Positions 1 through 9,141 are shown, numbered from the stretch's first letter. The stretch is DNA of 64,000 nt from an uncultured Methylomirabilota bacterium (GCA_963705305.1 OY970067.1:2880001-2944000); one strand, 5' to 3'. The notes: generated from the sequence alone by a model not told the origin. A program made the numbers and translations.

Positions 1-552
1 CTGGAGGACCTCCGTGTGATCCCGTGGGTGTTCGCCTGGGTGCAGAGCCGGCACTACCTGCCCGGCTGGTACGGCCTGGGGGCGGCGCTGGGAGAATTTG
101 TGGCCGAGGATCCCGTGCGCCACCTGGCGATCCTGCAGCAGATGTATCGCGCCTGGCCGTTTTTTTCCCGGCTCATCGACAACGCGCAGATGACGATGTG
201 CAAGGCTGACATGGGGATCGCACACCGCTACGCGTCGCTGGTGGAGGACCCTGTGGTGCGCGAGCGGATCTTCGGCCGCATCCGGGAGGAGTACGAGGCG
301 ACCCGGGCGGTCCTGCTGCGGATCACCCTGCAGCAGGAGCTCCTGGACAACGACCCGGCGCTGCAGCGGTCGCTCCAGCTTCGGAACCCCTACGTGGACC
401 CGCTCTCGTATATCCAGGTGAGCCTGCTGCGCGAGCTGCGGGCCCTGCAGAAGGCCGGCGTGGGGACCCGGGCGCGCGAGGAGGAGGCCCTGCGGGAGCC
501 GCTACATCTGACCATCAACGGCATCGCCACCGCCATGCGCTCGACCGGCTGA
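1..552 (+). CDS. ppc: Phosphoenolpyruvate carboxylase, C-terminal part (5' truncated by the window edge)
   Basis: Frame open from nt 1: LEDLRVIPWVFAW (LRAIPW motif), LPGWYG, RNPYVDPL, C-terminal TINGIATAMRSTG (canonical ...MRNTG). Confidence 0.95.
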   Translation: MEDLRVIPWVFAWVQSRHYLPGWYGLGAALGEFVAEDPVRHLAILQQMYRAWPFFSRLIDNAQMTMCKADMGIAHRYASLVEDPVVRERIFGRIREEYEATRAVLLRITLQQELLDNDPALQRSLQLRNPYVDPLSYIQVSLLRELRALQKAGVGTRAREEEALREPLHLTINGIATAMRSTG

Positions 553-593
553 GATGCGGAAAGGCGGAGGGGGTGCCGTAGGAGCGGAGAGCC

Positions 594-791
594 GTGGCCG
601 GTTCCGTCAGCAGGCTGGTCTGGCTGAACGGCGAGTACGTGCCCTGGGCGCAGGCCACGGTCCACGTGAGCACGCTGGCGGAGTTCGCGGGGTCCAGGGC
701 CTTCGAGGGGCTCCGCGGCGACTGGAGTCCGGAGGAGCGGCAGGTTTTGCTGTTCCGCCTGCCGAAATACAAACACTGGCTGGCGCCGTGC
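594..791 (+). pseudogene. Internally deleted branched-chain aminotransferase (IlvE-like) remnant
   Basis: VWLNGEYVPWAQATVHV...AFEGLRG...LFRL matches the class IV aminotransferase N-terminus and joins directly to KYKHWLAP, which resembles the C-terminal tail; the catalytic core is absent. Confidence 0.65.
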
Positions 792-939
792 TGCTGGGAG
801 CCGCCGAAGATCAGGCTGCGGGGTGGCCGGGGCTCCTGGCGAGCCGACGGCGACCGCGAGGCATTGGCGATCGAGGGTCCCGCCGGGGGCCCGCCACTGA
901 CGCGGCGTGGGCGGGGAGCCGCGGGGAAAGGAGCGAGCG

Positions 940-1668
940 GTGAGCACCTTGAAGAACCGATGGTTGACCGCAGGAATGGCGAGTGTCCTCACGGCGGCCG
1001 CGCTGCTGACACTCGTGGCCGTCGGCATCCGACCGGCGGCGGCCGACGACGCCCAGGATGCCCGCCAGCTGGTCGAGAAGGCCCGACTGACTTTGGAGAG
1101 TTTCCTGGCCGACCCCCAGATGGGGCCGAACCTCCGCTACTATGTCCCCAAGGCCAAAGGGATTCTCATTTACCCGCAGGTCCTGCGCGGCGCTTTCATC
1201 TTCGGCGCATCCGGCGGCAGCGGGGTGTTCCTGGCGCACGAGGCTGTCGGCGGAAAGTGGACCGGTCCCGCCTTCTACACCATCGGGGAGGCCAGCTTCG
1301 GGCTCCAGGCCGGGGCCGACGCCTCCGAAGTGGTCTTGATTGCGTTGACCGACCGGGGGGTCTCGGCCCTCCTGTCGACCAGTGCCAAGCTGGGGGCCAA
1401 CATCAGCATTGCGATCGGGCCGGTGGGGGCGGGCGTGACCGGGGCCACGGCCAACCTCAGCGTCGACATCGTCAGCTACTCGCGCAACAAGGGGCTGTAT
1501 GGCGGGATGTCGCTGGAGGGCGCGGTGGTGGCCGTGAGGCAGTCCTTGAACGAGGCCTACTATGAGCGGCCGGTTACCCCCACGCAGATCTTGATCGAGC
1601 ACGAGGTCTCCAACCCGCAGGCCGCCGGACTGCTCGAGGAGATAACCAAGGTGGCCAAGGAGAAATGA
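940..1668 (+). CDS. Secreted lipid-binding SYLF (Ysc84) domain protein
   Basis: Signal peptide; AKGILIYP, GAFIFGASGGSG, SFGLQAGA and SRNKGLYGGMSLEG motifs. Confidence 0.9.
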   Translation: MSTLKNRWLTAGMASVLTAAALLTLVAVGIRPAAADDAQDARQLVEKARLTLESFLADPQMGPNLRYYVPKAKGILIYPQVLRGAFIFGASGGSGVFLAHEAVGGKWTGPAFYTIGEASFGLQAGADASEVVLIALTDRGVSALLSTSAKLGANISIAIGPVGAGVTGATANLSVDIVSYSRNKGLYGGMSLEGAVVAVRQSLNEAYYERPVTPTQILIEHEVSNPQAAGLLEEITKVAKEK

Positions 1669-1821
1669 CCGCCCCTGACGCCGTGTGGCAGCCTGGGCGG
1701 CCCGGGAGGCGGCGTATGCCCCACGAGGCTGGATGACCCCGGCCCGCCGGTATCTCATTCCTTCCACGTCATCACAGGGGCGGCCTCCCTGTTCTCATCC
1801 GAAGCCGCTGGTGCAACCCGC

Positions 1822-1850
1822 TTGACAACCAGACGCTACTCGAATAGATG
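1822..1850 (+). promoter_or_regulatory. Putative sigma70 promoter (TTGACA-17-TAGATG)
   Basis: Perfect -35 box with 17-nt spacer in the intergenic region upstream of the 2061 ORF. Confidence 0.45.
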
Positions 1851-2060
1851 TGCACATGAGCCAGCGGGGCTGAGAGACGGCAGCGCGAGGCGACGAACCG
1901 CGCAACCCTCAGTTCCTGGTCGGGCCATCGGCGCCCTGGATTCCTGCCTGGGAGGCGAGAGCCGGGCGCTTCTCTCGAGCAGACCTTTACCCGGGGGAGG
2001 GCGGAGGCGAGGCAAACAAAGCGCGGGAGCAGTCCCGTGCGAAAGGGAGGGGAGGACACC

Positions 2061-2510
2061 ATGGATTCGATCCGTTGGTTCCGGAAGAGCTGTGTGACGC
2101 TTGGGATCGTCTTGGCTGTGGGGGGGTTCGGCCTGTTTGCCGTATTCCCCCAGGTCGCTGCGGCGGCGGACGCCATGACCGAGTTGAAGACGGCCCTTGC
2201 CCATGCCGGATACGCCGCTAAATCCGAGGCCCTGCAGCAGGTACACCTGCACCTCCATCACGTGCTCAACTGTGCGGTCGGTCCTCAGGGCATGGGCTTC
2301 GACGCGGCGGCGGGGAATCCATGCAAGGGACAGGGGGACGGATTCCTTTCCGACCTCAAGACTGCGAAGGGTGAGGACGCACTGTACTACCAGGCGTGGT
2401 GGGCGGCCCACATCGCGGAGCAGGGCATCGCGTCAAATAATTTGGGGGAGGCCAAGGCCGCCGCCCACGTCGTATCGCTGGTGCTCGAAGATGCAACGAT
2501 GGCAAAGTAG
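2061..2510 (+). CDS. Secreted hypothetical protein with a His/Cys motif (HLHLHHVLNC...GNPC)
   Basis: GGAGG RBS, N-terminal signal/TM segment, GC3-rich codon usage. Confidence 0.75.
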   Translation: MDSIRWFRKSCVTLGIVLAVGGFGLFAVFPQVAAAADAMTELKTALAHAGYAAKSEALQQVHLHLHHVLNCAVGPQGMGFDAAAGNPCKGQGDGFLSDLKTAKGEDALYYQAWWAAHIAEQGIASNNLGEAKAAAHVVSLVLEDATMAK

Positions 2511-2548
2511 AAATACAGGATAGTCCTCGGCGGTGGAGGTCATCGAGC

Positions 2549-2947
2549 GTGCTGTTCCATCCTCTGGTGGTCCATTTCCCTCTGGCCCTCTGGCTCACCG
2601 GCACGCTCTTTGACATCCTGGCCTGGCGCCGCAGGGATCCGCTGTTCCCCCGGGCCGCCTCGTGGTTGGTGGGGCTCGGCCTCCTGGGGGCTGCGGCGAG
2701 CATTGCCCTGGGGTGGGTGGATCTGTTGAATCTGGAGCAGCAGGGGGTGGGGACGGGCCTCGTGCTGCGCCATCGCCTGCACAGCCTGCTGGCGTATGCC
2801 GCCACGCTGGCGTATGCCGTCAATTTCGTGTGGCGCCGGCGGACACCCGATCGGGTCGGCCTCCCGCTCCTCGCCCTGTCGCTGCTGGGGGCGGCGCTCG
2901 TCGCCGTGGCCGGCTATATGGGCGGGGAGCTCCGGATGGTGATGTGA
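2549..2947 (+). CDS. DUF2231-family membrane protein
   Basis: HPLVVHFPLAL start motif, about 4 TM helices, C-terminal GYMGGEL. Confidence 0.85.
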   Translation: MLFHPLVVHFPLALWLTGTLFDILAWRRRDPLFPRAASWLVGLGLLGAAASIALGWVDLLNLEQQGVGTGLVLRHRLHSLLAYAATLAYAVNFVWRRRTPDRVGLPLLALSLLGAALVAVAGYMGGELRMVM

Positions 2948-3181
2948 CAGTCAGGAGGGAGAAAGCCTGCCACCCGTTGGTATTGGAGAGGCGCCCGAGG
3001 GCTGTGCGCGCCTGGACCATCAGCAGTTTCGCGACGGAGGGATCAAGGTAACAACCCGGAAAGGCAGCCATGCCGGGCGGCTCCCAACTCCAGCTACAGC
3101 GAAAAGCCACTCCGATCCCTCCTTCCTGCAGCCAGGCAAACAACTTTAATAAGTTACCTACGTCCCTTAAGGAGGTCGTCC

Positions 3182-3505
3182 ATGGCGTCGGACAATCGGG
3201 TCCTGCTGACGGTCTTGCTCCATCACGATCAATCGAAGACGCTTGAGGAGATCACGACCCACCTCAAGAAGACGGGGTTCTACCGGGACTTCCCTCCGGA
3301 GGGTGCGGAGCTGGTCTCTTGGGTGGTGGCCATGTCCTATGGATTCCTCATCACGATGCGCGTGGAGCCGGGCGCCTTCCGGAGCGTCAACCGCTTCATG
3401 GAGCAGAAGGCCTGGGGCGCCTTCCGCTACGAGGTCTTCCCCGCCTATGATTTTGCCCCCATCGCAGCCCAGCTCAAGCGCGACCACGCCGTCCCTTCTG
3501 CTTGA
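3182..3505 (+). CDS. Conserved hypothetical protein (107 aa)
   Basis: AAGGAGG RBS; globular sequence HHDQSKTL...FPPEG...WGAFR. Confidence 0.75.
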   Translation: MASDNRVLLTVLLHHDQSKTLEEITTHLKKTGFYRDFPPEGAELVSWVVAMSYGFLITMRVEPGAFRSVNRFMEQKAWGAFRYEVFPAYDFAPIAAQLKRDHAVPSA

Positions 3506-3712
3506 GCCTCTCGCCGGCTGCCTCGGGTCCGGGCGGCTGCTCGGCGGTGAGCTGTCTCTCGCAGGAGCAGCCGCCACCCGGGCGGCTCCGGGGGGCATCT
3601 CACACGCCATGAACGCGGGACGGAAGGCGAGGGAGAGCAAGGAACTGCGCGGCCTCTCAGGGCTGTCCAGCATCCTCGATCGGCGGCCGAGGCGGGCCGC
3701 GGAGGGAGCCAC

Positions 3713-4609
3713 ATGTTCGAGGGCTTTGAGCGGACCGAGATTCGGACGAGCGGCGCGCGGATTCATCTGCGGCATGGGGGCAAGGGGCCGGCGCTCTTGC
3801 TGCTGCATGGAAATCCCCTGACCCACGTGTCGTGGCACAAGATCGCAGGTCGCCTCGCCGCCGACTTCCACATCGTGGCGGCCGACCTGCGCGGGTACGG
3901 TGACAGCGCTGGGCCGGAAGACGGCGGGAACAACCACGTCAATTACTCCTTCCGAGCCATGGCCCAGGACCAGGTCGAAGTTATGGAGGCCCTGGGCTAT
4001 ACGGAGTTCTACGTGGCCGGCCATGATCGAGGCGCCCGCACCGTCCACCGCATGTGCCTCGATCACCCGGCGCGGGTCAAGAGGGCGGCCGTCGTGGACA
4101 TTCTTCCCAACTACCACATCTGGACCCATACGTCCAAGGAGTGGGCCATGAAGTCCTGGCACTGGTCCTTCATGGCGCAGCCGTACGACTTTCCCGAGCG
4201 TATGATGGCGGCGGTTCCGGCCCAGTGGTACATGGAGAAAAAGCTCTCCAAGGCTGGGATCGGACTGGGGTGCTTCAGCCCCGAGGCCTTCGCCGAGTAT
4301 GTCCGCTGCTTCACCTGGAAGACAATTCGGGCCTCCTGTGAAGACTACCGTGCCTGTGCGACCTGCGACCTGGAGATGGATACGGCTGACAGGCAGCGGA
4401 AGGTCGCGTGCCCCCTCCTGGTCATCTGGGGGGCCAAGAGCCACACCGGCACCGTATATGGAGATGTCCTCCGGATCTGGGAGGAATGGGGAGAGCAGGT
4501 TGTCGGCGGTCCAATCGATTGCGGCCACTATGTTCCGGAGGAGGCGCCCGAGGGGACTGCCAGCTGGTTCCTTCGCTTCTTTGGTGAGCCACAGGAGAGG
4601 CGGCGCTGA
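3713..4609 (+). CDS. Fluoroacetate/haloacetate dehalogenase-type alpha/beta hydrolase
   Basis: HGNP, DLRGYGDS, GHDRGAR (Asp nucleophile plus two Arg), WHW, EDYRA, DCGHYVPEE. Confidence 0.88.
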   Translation: MFEGFERTEIRTSGARIHLRHGGKGPALLLLHGNPLTHVSWHKIAGRLAADFHIVAADLRGYGDSAGPEDGGNNHVNYSFRAMAQDQVEVMEALGYTEFYVAGHDRGARTVHRMCLDHPARVKRAAVVDILPNYHIWTHTSKEWAMKSWHWSFMAQPYDFPERMMAAVPAQWYMEKKLSKAGIGLGCFSPEAFAEYVRCFTWKTIRASCEDYRACATCDLEMDTADRQRKVACPLLVIWGAKSHTGTVYGDVLRIWEEWGEQVVGGPIDCGHYVPEEAPEGTASWFLRFFGEPQERRR

Positions 4610-4806
4610 CGGCGCTGCCCGTCCGGTCGTGATCCTGCCGCGGCGTCTGTGGCAGGGTCGGCCGAAGGCTGACGGCTCGTGTGCTCGCAACGGGCCGAGC
4701 CGGAGCGCGCGGGTGGCGAGGATGCCCTCCAGAGGGTGTCCAGGCGAAGGCGTCTCGTCTCGTGCTGCTGTTGTTCCGGCTTCCGCACAAGTTGCGCTTC
4801 CCCCCT

Positions 4807-5040
4807 ATGGTCATGGTCCTGCTGATGGGTATCCTGGGATATGCCTTGAAGCGGCCGGGATTCGACCGCCTCCTGGTCATCCTGGGGCTGGTGCTTGGCG
4901 GGATGTTGGAGACGACCTTCCGCCAGAGCCTGGAGCTGAGCCGTGGCGATCCGATGATCTTCGTGCAGCGGTCGTTGAGTCTGGCCCCGTTCGTTCTCCT
5001 GACGCTCGTTCTGGGAACCCCTCCGATCATGAGGGCCATT
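4807..5040 (+). pseudogene. C-terminal fragment of a TctA tripartite tricarboxylate transporter permease
   Basis: MGILGYALKRPGF...ILGLVLGGMLETTFRQSLELSRGDPMIF resembles the TctA C-terminus; no upstream part is present. Confidence 0.6.
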
Positions 5041-5279
5041 GCGAGTCACCGACAGCACGCATCGTCGACAAGCTCACGTGCTTGCACCACCAGGAGCAAA
5101 TCATGCTCTGGAGCGCGGCCGAATTGCGCTGCCGTCTGTGCGTGGTGTCCTGCCCCACCGGGAAGCGCGAGTTCCAGGAGCCGACGCACCCGGAGAGACG
5201 GTCGGCCGCCGTGAAGGAATTGCAGGACCTCTGGACGGGGGCGAAGTGGTGGAGACACAGCCGGAATGGAGCGTGACCC

Positions 5280-6449
5280 ATGCGGGAATACGAGCGAATC
5301 CGGGCAGCCGTCATCCGCGGAGGGACGAGCAAGGGCCTCTACCTGCTGGCCAATGAGCTCCCGCAGGATCCCGCTCGCCGGGGCCAGGTTATCCTCCGGA
5401 TCTTCGGGAGTCCGGATCCACGGCAGATCGATGGGATGGGCGGAGCCGATCCGTTGACGAGCAAGGTGGCGATCATCGCCCCCTCGCGCCGCGAAGGGGC
5501 CGATGTGGATTACACCTTCGGCTATGTCGGGATCGAGAAGGCCGTCGTGGACTACGAGGGCAACTGCGGGAACATCTCCCAGGGCGTCGGGCCGTTCGCC
5601 GTGGACGAGGGGCTCGTCCCAGCCACCGAGCCGATCACGACGGTGCGGATCTTCAACACCAACACCGAGAAGCTCATCGAGGCGGCGGTCCCAGTCCGAG
5701 AGGGCAGGGCCCTCACGCAGGGCGACTTCGCCATCAACGGGGTTCCGGGGACCGGCGCCAAGATCCTCCTGAACTTCGTGAACTCCGGCGGCTCGAGGAC
5801 GGGGAAGCTCTTGCCCACCGGGAACACGGTGGATAGGCTGGAACTCGCCGATGGCCGCACCGTGCGGGTCAGTCTGGTGGACGCGGCCAACCCCGCCGTC
5901 TTCGTGCAGGCGGCAGACATCGGCTTTACCGGCAAAGAGTTGCCGAGCGACACCGCCGCGAACCCGAAGATCCTGGAGATCATGGAAGAGATCCGCAGCA
6001 AGGCGGCGGTCATGATGCGCTTGGCCTCCAGTCCGGATCAGGTGGGTCCGGCCGTTCCCAAGGTGGCCTTCGTGGCGCCGCCGCAGGAGTACCAAACCAT
6101 CACCGGGCAGACCATCGCTGCAAGCGACTGCGATCTGCTGGCCCGCACCAAGGCCCTGGCCGTCCTGCACAAAGCCTACGCCGTGACGGGGGGGATCTGT
6201 GTCTCCGCCGCCGCCCTCATCGAGGGTACGGTGGTGAGCGAGATCGTGGGCCCGCGGGCCAAGACGACCGGCCTCGTCCGCGTGGGGCATCCCTCGGGTG
6301 TCTCGGAGTACGTCATCACCGTTGAGAAGAGCCTGTCCGGGGATTTCACACTGACCCGATCGGCCATCGCCGGGACGGCCCGCCGGATCATGGACGGGTA
6401 CGTGTACGTTCCGCGCGCGCTCTTCTTCCCGGAGGAGACAGGCGGGTAG
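5280..6449 (+). CDS. prpF: PrpF/AcnD-accessory family isomerase (methylaconitate/aconitate-type isomerase)
   Basis: RGGTSKG, IDGMGGADPLTSKVAII, GNCGNI, HPSG, TARRIMDG. Confidence 0.9.
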   Translation: MREYERIRAAVIRGGTSKGLYLLANELPQDPARRGQVILRIFGSPDPRQIDGMGGADPLTSKVAIIAPSRREGADVDYTFGYVGIEKAVVDYEGNCGNISQGVGPFAVDEGLVPATEPITTVRIFNTNTEKLIEAAVPVREGRALTQGDFAINGVPGTGAKILLNFVNSGGSRTGKLLPTGNTVDRLELADGRTVRVSLVDAANPAVFVQAADIGFTGKELPSDTAANPKILEIMEEIRSKAAVMMRLASSPDQVGPAVPKVAFVAPPQEYQTITGQTIAASDCDLLARTKALAVLHKAYAVTGGICVSAAALIEGTVVSEIVGPRAKTTGLVRVGHPSGVSEYVITVEKSLSGDFTLTRSAIAGTARRIMDGYVYVPRALFFPEETGG

Positions 6450-7019
6450 GGCTCTTAGGACGTTATGACGGGACGTAGGTTCTCAAGTGCATTGTGGTAT
6501 TCCGTCGGGTTCCACAAACGTGAGGACGCCTCCCCGGCCTCAGAAGAGAACCTGCTTTGGTGGACGTTGTTTCCAGGTTGACTTTCGCCCCGCCGCTCCC
6601 GATCGAAGCTCGGCGCAGTCACCCTTCTATCACGCGATGACAATGGGGGACGGGCATGAAATTATGCCTTTCTCCGGTTGCCCCCTCCTGCATTGTTCTT
6701 CCCCGGGCCGAGCGCCGTCGTGCCACCGTGGCTTGTCGAAGCGTGCGGAGCCGCGCAGCCCGGCGATTGCGTCAGGGCTAGGCGGAGGAGGGCAGCCGGC
6801 TCGGGCTATCGGCGCAGGCGGGTGACGAGTCTGTCGCGGGGTGATGCCCGCGAAGGAGCCGGTCAGAGCGGTTGGGCGGCCCGGACGCGCAGCAGGCGGC
6901 CGAAAACCCGGCGGCCAGCCCTGGGGTGGGATGTGATGGGATGGGGGCCAGCCATAGTGCCGCTGTGTAACGTGCCTCACGGAAAGCGCCAAATCATCAA
7001 AAAATCTGAATAAATTCTC

Positions 7020-7047
7020 TTGACAACCGATTTCGTCCAAGTATATT
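7020..7047 (+). promoter_or_regulatory. sigma70 promoter of the dcw cluster (TTGACA-16-TATATT)
   Basis: Near-consensus boxes in an AT-rich patch upstream of mraZ. Confidence 0.7.
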
Positions 7048-7060
7048 GTGCGCCAAGTGG

Positions 7061-7105
7061 TGGGATGAAGTGGGATAAAATGGTATAGTATCCCATCAAG
7101 TCCCA
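7061..7105 (+). promoter_or_regulatory. MraZ-binding boxes (TGGGA/TGGGA/TGGTA at 10-nt period, followed by two inverted TCCCA)
   Basis: Boxes at 7061, 7071 and 7081; inverted boxes at 7091 and 7101; matches the known TGGGN-N5 MraZ operator. Confidence 0.8.
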
Positions 7106-7130
7106 TCGAGTGGAACCTGATGGGTGTGCC

Positions 7131-7568
7131 ATGTTCCGTGGCCGCGTCGAACATGCCATCGATGACAAGGGGCGCCTGAGCATCCCGGCGAAGTTCCGCG
7201 AGGTGCTCCGGAAGCAGAAGGACAAGACGCTGGTCCTCACCAGCTTCGACGACTACATCACGGCCTTTCCCCTGAAGGTCTGGCGGACGATCGAAGATCG
7301 TATTCGCAGCAATCCCATGTTCAAGCGGGACATGCGTGATTTTCTGCGGCTGGTCTACTCGTCGGCCGAGGATGCGGAGCTGGATCCCCAGGGTCGCATC
7401 CTCATCCCGCAGAGCCTGCGCCAGCGTGCGGGGATCACGCGGGATGTGGTGATCATCGGGGTGATGGATCAGATCGAGATCTGGGATCGGGCCCGCTGGG
7501 GGGCACGACAGGCCGCGGCCCCCTCGCCCGAAGAGCTGTCGGCGAAGCTGGGCGAGCTGGGCGTGTGA
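7131..7568 (+). CDS. mraZ: Transcriptional regulator MraZ
   Basis: MFRG start, two DxxGR motifs (DDKGRL, DPQGRI), IEIWD; first gene of dcw. Confidence 0.97.
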   Translation: MFRGRVEHAIDDKGRLSIPAKFREVLRKQKDKTLVLTSFDDYITAFPLKVWRTIEDRIRSNPMFKRDMRDFLRLVYSSAEDAELDPQGRILIPQSLRQRAGITRDVVIIGVMDQIEIWDRARWGARQAAAPSPEELSAKLGELGV

Positions 7569-7621
7569 GGGAGTGCGGCGACGGGCGGCCTGACGGCCTT
7601 CGGCCGCATGCGGGAGGCGAG

Positions 7622-7795
7622 ATGGCAGCGGATCGCAGATGCGACATGCAGACACTCCGGGCGATGCGGCGCCGGGCGGGATTGGCCCGGCGCGCCGCCG
7701 ACTGGTTCTGGCGAATTCGAGGGGGACGCCTTCCCGAGCCGCCGGCAAAGCCCGTACTGGACATGAACCGGATCCGCCGGATCGCGTACCTCTAG
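7622..7795 (+). CDS. Small Arg-rich hypothetical protein (57 aa)
   Basis: GGAGG RBS at 7613; fills the gap between mraZ and the STAS gene; its stop abuts the next RBS. Confidence 0.5.
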   Translation: MAADRRCDMQTLRAMRRRAGLARRAADWFWRIRGGRLPEPPAKPVLDMNRIRRIAYL

Positions 7796-7805
7796 GAGGG
7801 AGCAC

Positions 7806-8180
7806 ATGGACGTTCGCTGGTCCGAGGCGCACAAGGTGGCGGTAATCGACCCGCAAGGCGAGCTGGGCATCCGGACGATGGTGGAGATCAAGAACGCCAT
7901 CGGCAGCCTGCTGCATGATGGATGTCGGACACTGATCCTGGATTGCCGAGGTGTCACGCGGCTGGAGGCCATGAGCCTGGGAGTGCTGGTGGAGCGGTTG
8001 TGCCGCAGCCGCGAGGTCGGCGGAACACTGGCCCTGACCAATCTCAACCCGGACCTGGTAGCGCGGATGCAGGAGCTGCGGGTGCACTCCCTTTTCCAGA
8101 CGTTCGATTCCGTGCCGGCGGCCCTGGAATCCTTGGTTGGGGCGCAATCCGACGCCGTGGCGGCGTGCCTGGCGGCGTAG
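7806..8180 (+). CDS. STAS-domain protein (anti-sigma factor antagonist-like)
   Basis: PQGELG, LILDCRGVTRLEAMSLGVLV, GGTLALTNL, LFQTFDSV pattern; strong GGAGG RBS. Confidence 0.88.
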   Translation: MDVRWSEAHKVAVIDPQGELGIRTMVEIKNAIGSLLHDGCRTLILDCRGVTRLEAMSLGVLVERLCRSREVGGTLALTNLNPDLVARMQELRVHSLFQTFDSVPAALESLVGAQSDAVAACLAA

Positions 8181-8237
8181 GTCCGGCCCGCCGGGCGGTC
8201 GATCCCCCTGGGGCGGTCCGGCCAGCGTGATGTCGCC

Positions 8238-9140
8238 GTGAACGGTCATTTGCCGGTCCTCCGGGCGGAAGTGCTCGATTGGCTGCAACCCCGCCCCGGC
8301 GGCCGCTATCTGGACGCCACGGTCGGACTGGGAGGGCACGCGGAGGCGCTGCTGCTGGGGAGTGACCCGGACGGAATCCTCCTGGGGATCGACCGGGATT
8401 CGGCGGCCCTGGCGCTGGCGCGAAAGCGGCTGGCCCCCTTCGGGGCGCGCGCCACGCTGCTGCACGGGGCGTACGAGGATCTTGGGGAGTTGGTCCCGTC
8501 GACAGAGCGGTTCGACGGGATCCTGTTCGATCTGGGGGTTTCCTCCTTCCAGCTGGACACGGCCGAGCGCGGCTTTTCCATCAACCGCGAAGGACCGCTG
8601 GATATGCGCATGGACCAGAGCCAGGGCGAGACCGTAGCCGATCTGATCGGGCGCCTGCCGGAGGGGGAGCTGGCCGACCTGATCTATCGCTGGGGCGAAG
8701 AGCGCTGGTCGCGCCGCATCGCCAGAGCCATCGCGGCGGCCCGGACGGAGGGAGCCATCCGAACCACGACCGACCTGGCGGCCGTGGTGGCCCGGGCCGT
8801 CCCCCGGAGCCGCTGGCCGCGCCACATCCATCCCGCGACCCGAACCTTCCAGGCCCTGCGCATCGCCGTCAACCAGGAGCTGGTGGGCCTCGATCGGTCG
8901 CTGGGGCAGGCCGCGGGACGTCTGCGGCCCGGCGCGCGGCTGGCGGCCATCAGCTTTCATTCCCTGGAAGATCGGATCGTGAAGCAGACCTGGCGGCGGC
9001 TGGCGGCCGCGGGGGCGCTGCGCATTCTGACCAAACGGCCCGTTACCTCGACCGACGCCGAGGTGGCGGCGAATCCGCGGGCGCGGAGCGCCAAGCTTCG
9101 CGTGGCGGAACGGGCGCCGGGAGCGGGGGAGGCCGCCTGA
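8238..9140 (+). CDS. rsmH: 16S rRNA m4C1402 methyltransferase
   Basis: HLPVL, DATVGLGGHA, DLGVSSFQLD, PLDMRMD, FHSLEDR, NPRARSAKLR. Confidence 0.98.
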   Translation: MNGHLPVLRAEVLDWLQPRPGGRYLDATVGLGGHAEALLLGSDPDGILLGIDRDSAALALARKRLAPFGARATLLHGAYEDLGELVPSTERFDGILFDLGVSSFQLDTAERGFSINREGPLDMRMDQSQGETVADLIGRLPEGELADLIYRWGEERWSRRIARAIAAARTEGAIRTTTDLAAVVARAVPRSRWPRHIHPATRTFQALRIAVNQELVGLDRSLGQAAGRLRPGARLAAISFHSLEDRIVKQTWRRLAAAGALRILTKRPVTSTDAEVAANPRARSAKLRVAERAPGAGEAA

Positions 9141-9141
9141 T

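Noticed and set aside
1855..2055. Possible TPP or other riboswitch in a long leader (contains GCTGAGA)
   Set aside because: Lacks the downstream conserved aptamer elements (e.g. ACCTGAT...GGGA)
2820..3143. Minus-strand 107-aa ORF in a lower-GC intergenic patch
   Set aside because: Overlaps DUF2231 antisense and has no convincing RBS or motif
6450..7020. Possible rnpB or other ncRNA upstream of mraZ
   Set aside because: No GAGGAAAGTCC or other RNase P hallmark seen; an Rfam scan would be needed
7809..7815. GACGTTC in the STAS gene (also in murF and secA) as further frameshift sites
   Set aside because: These genes are in frame as written; removing a T would break them
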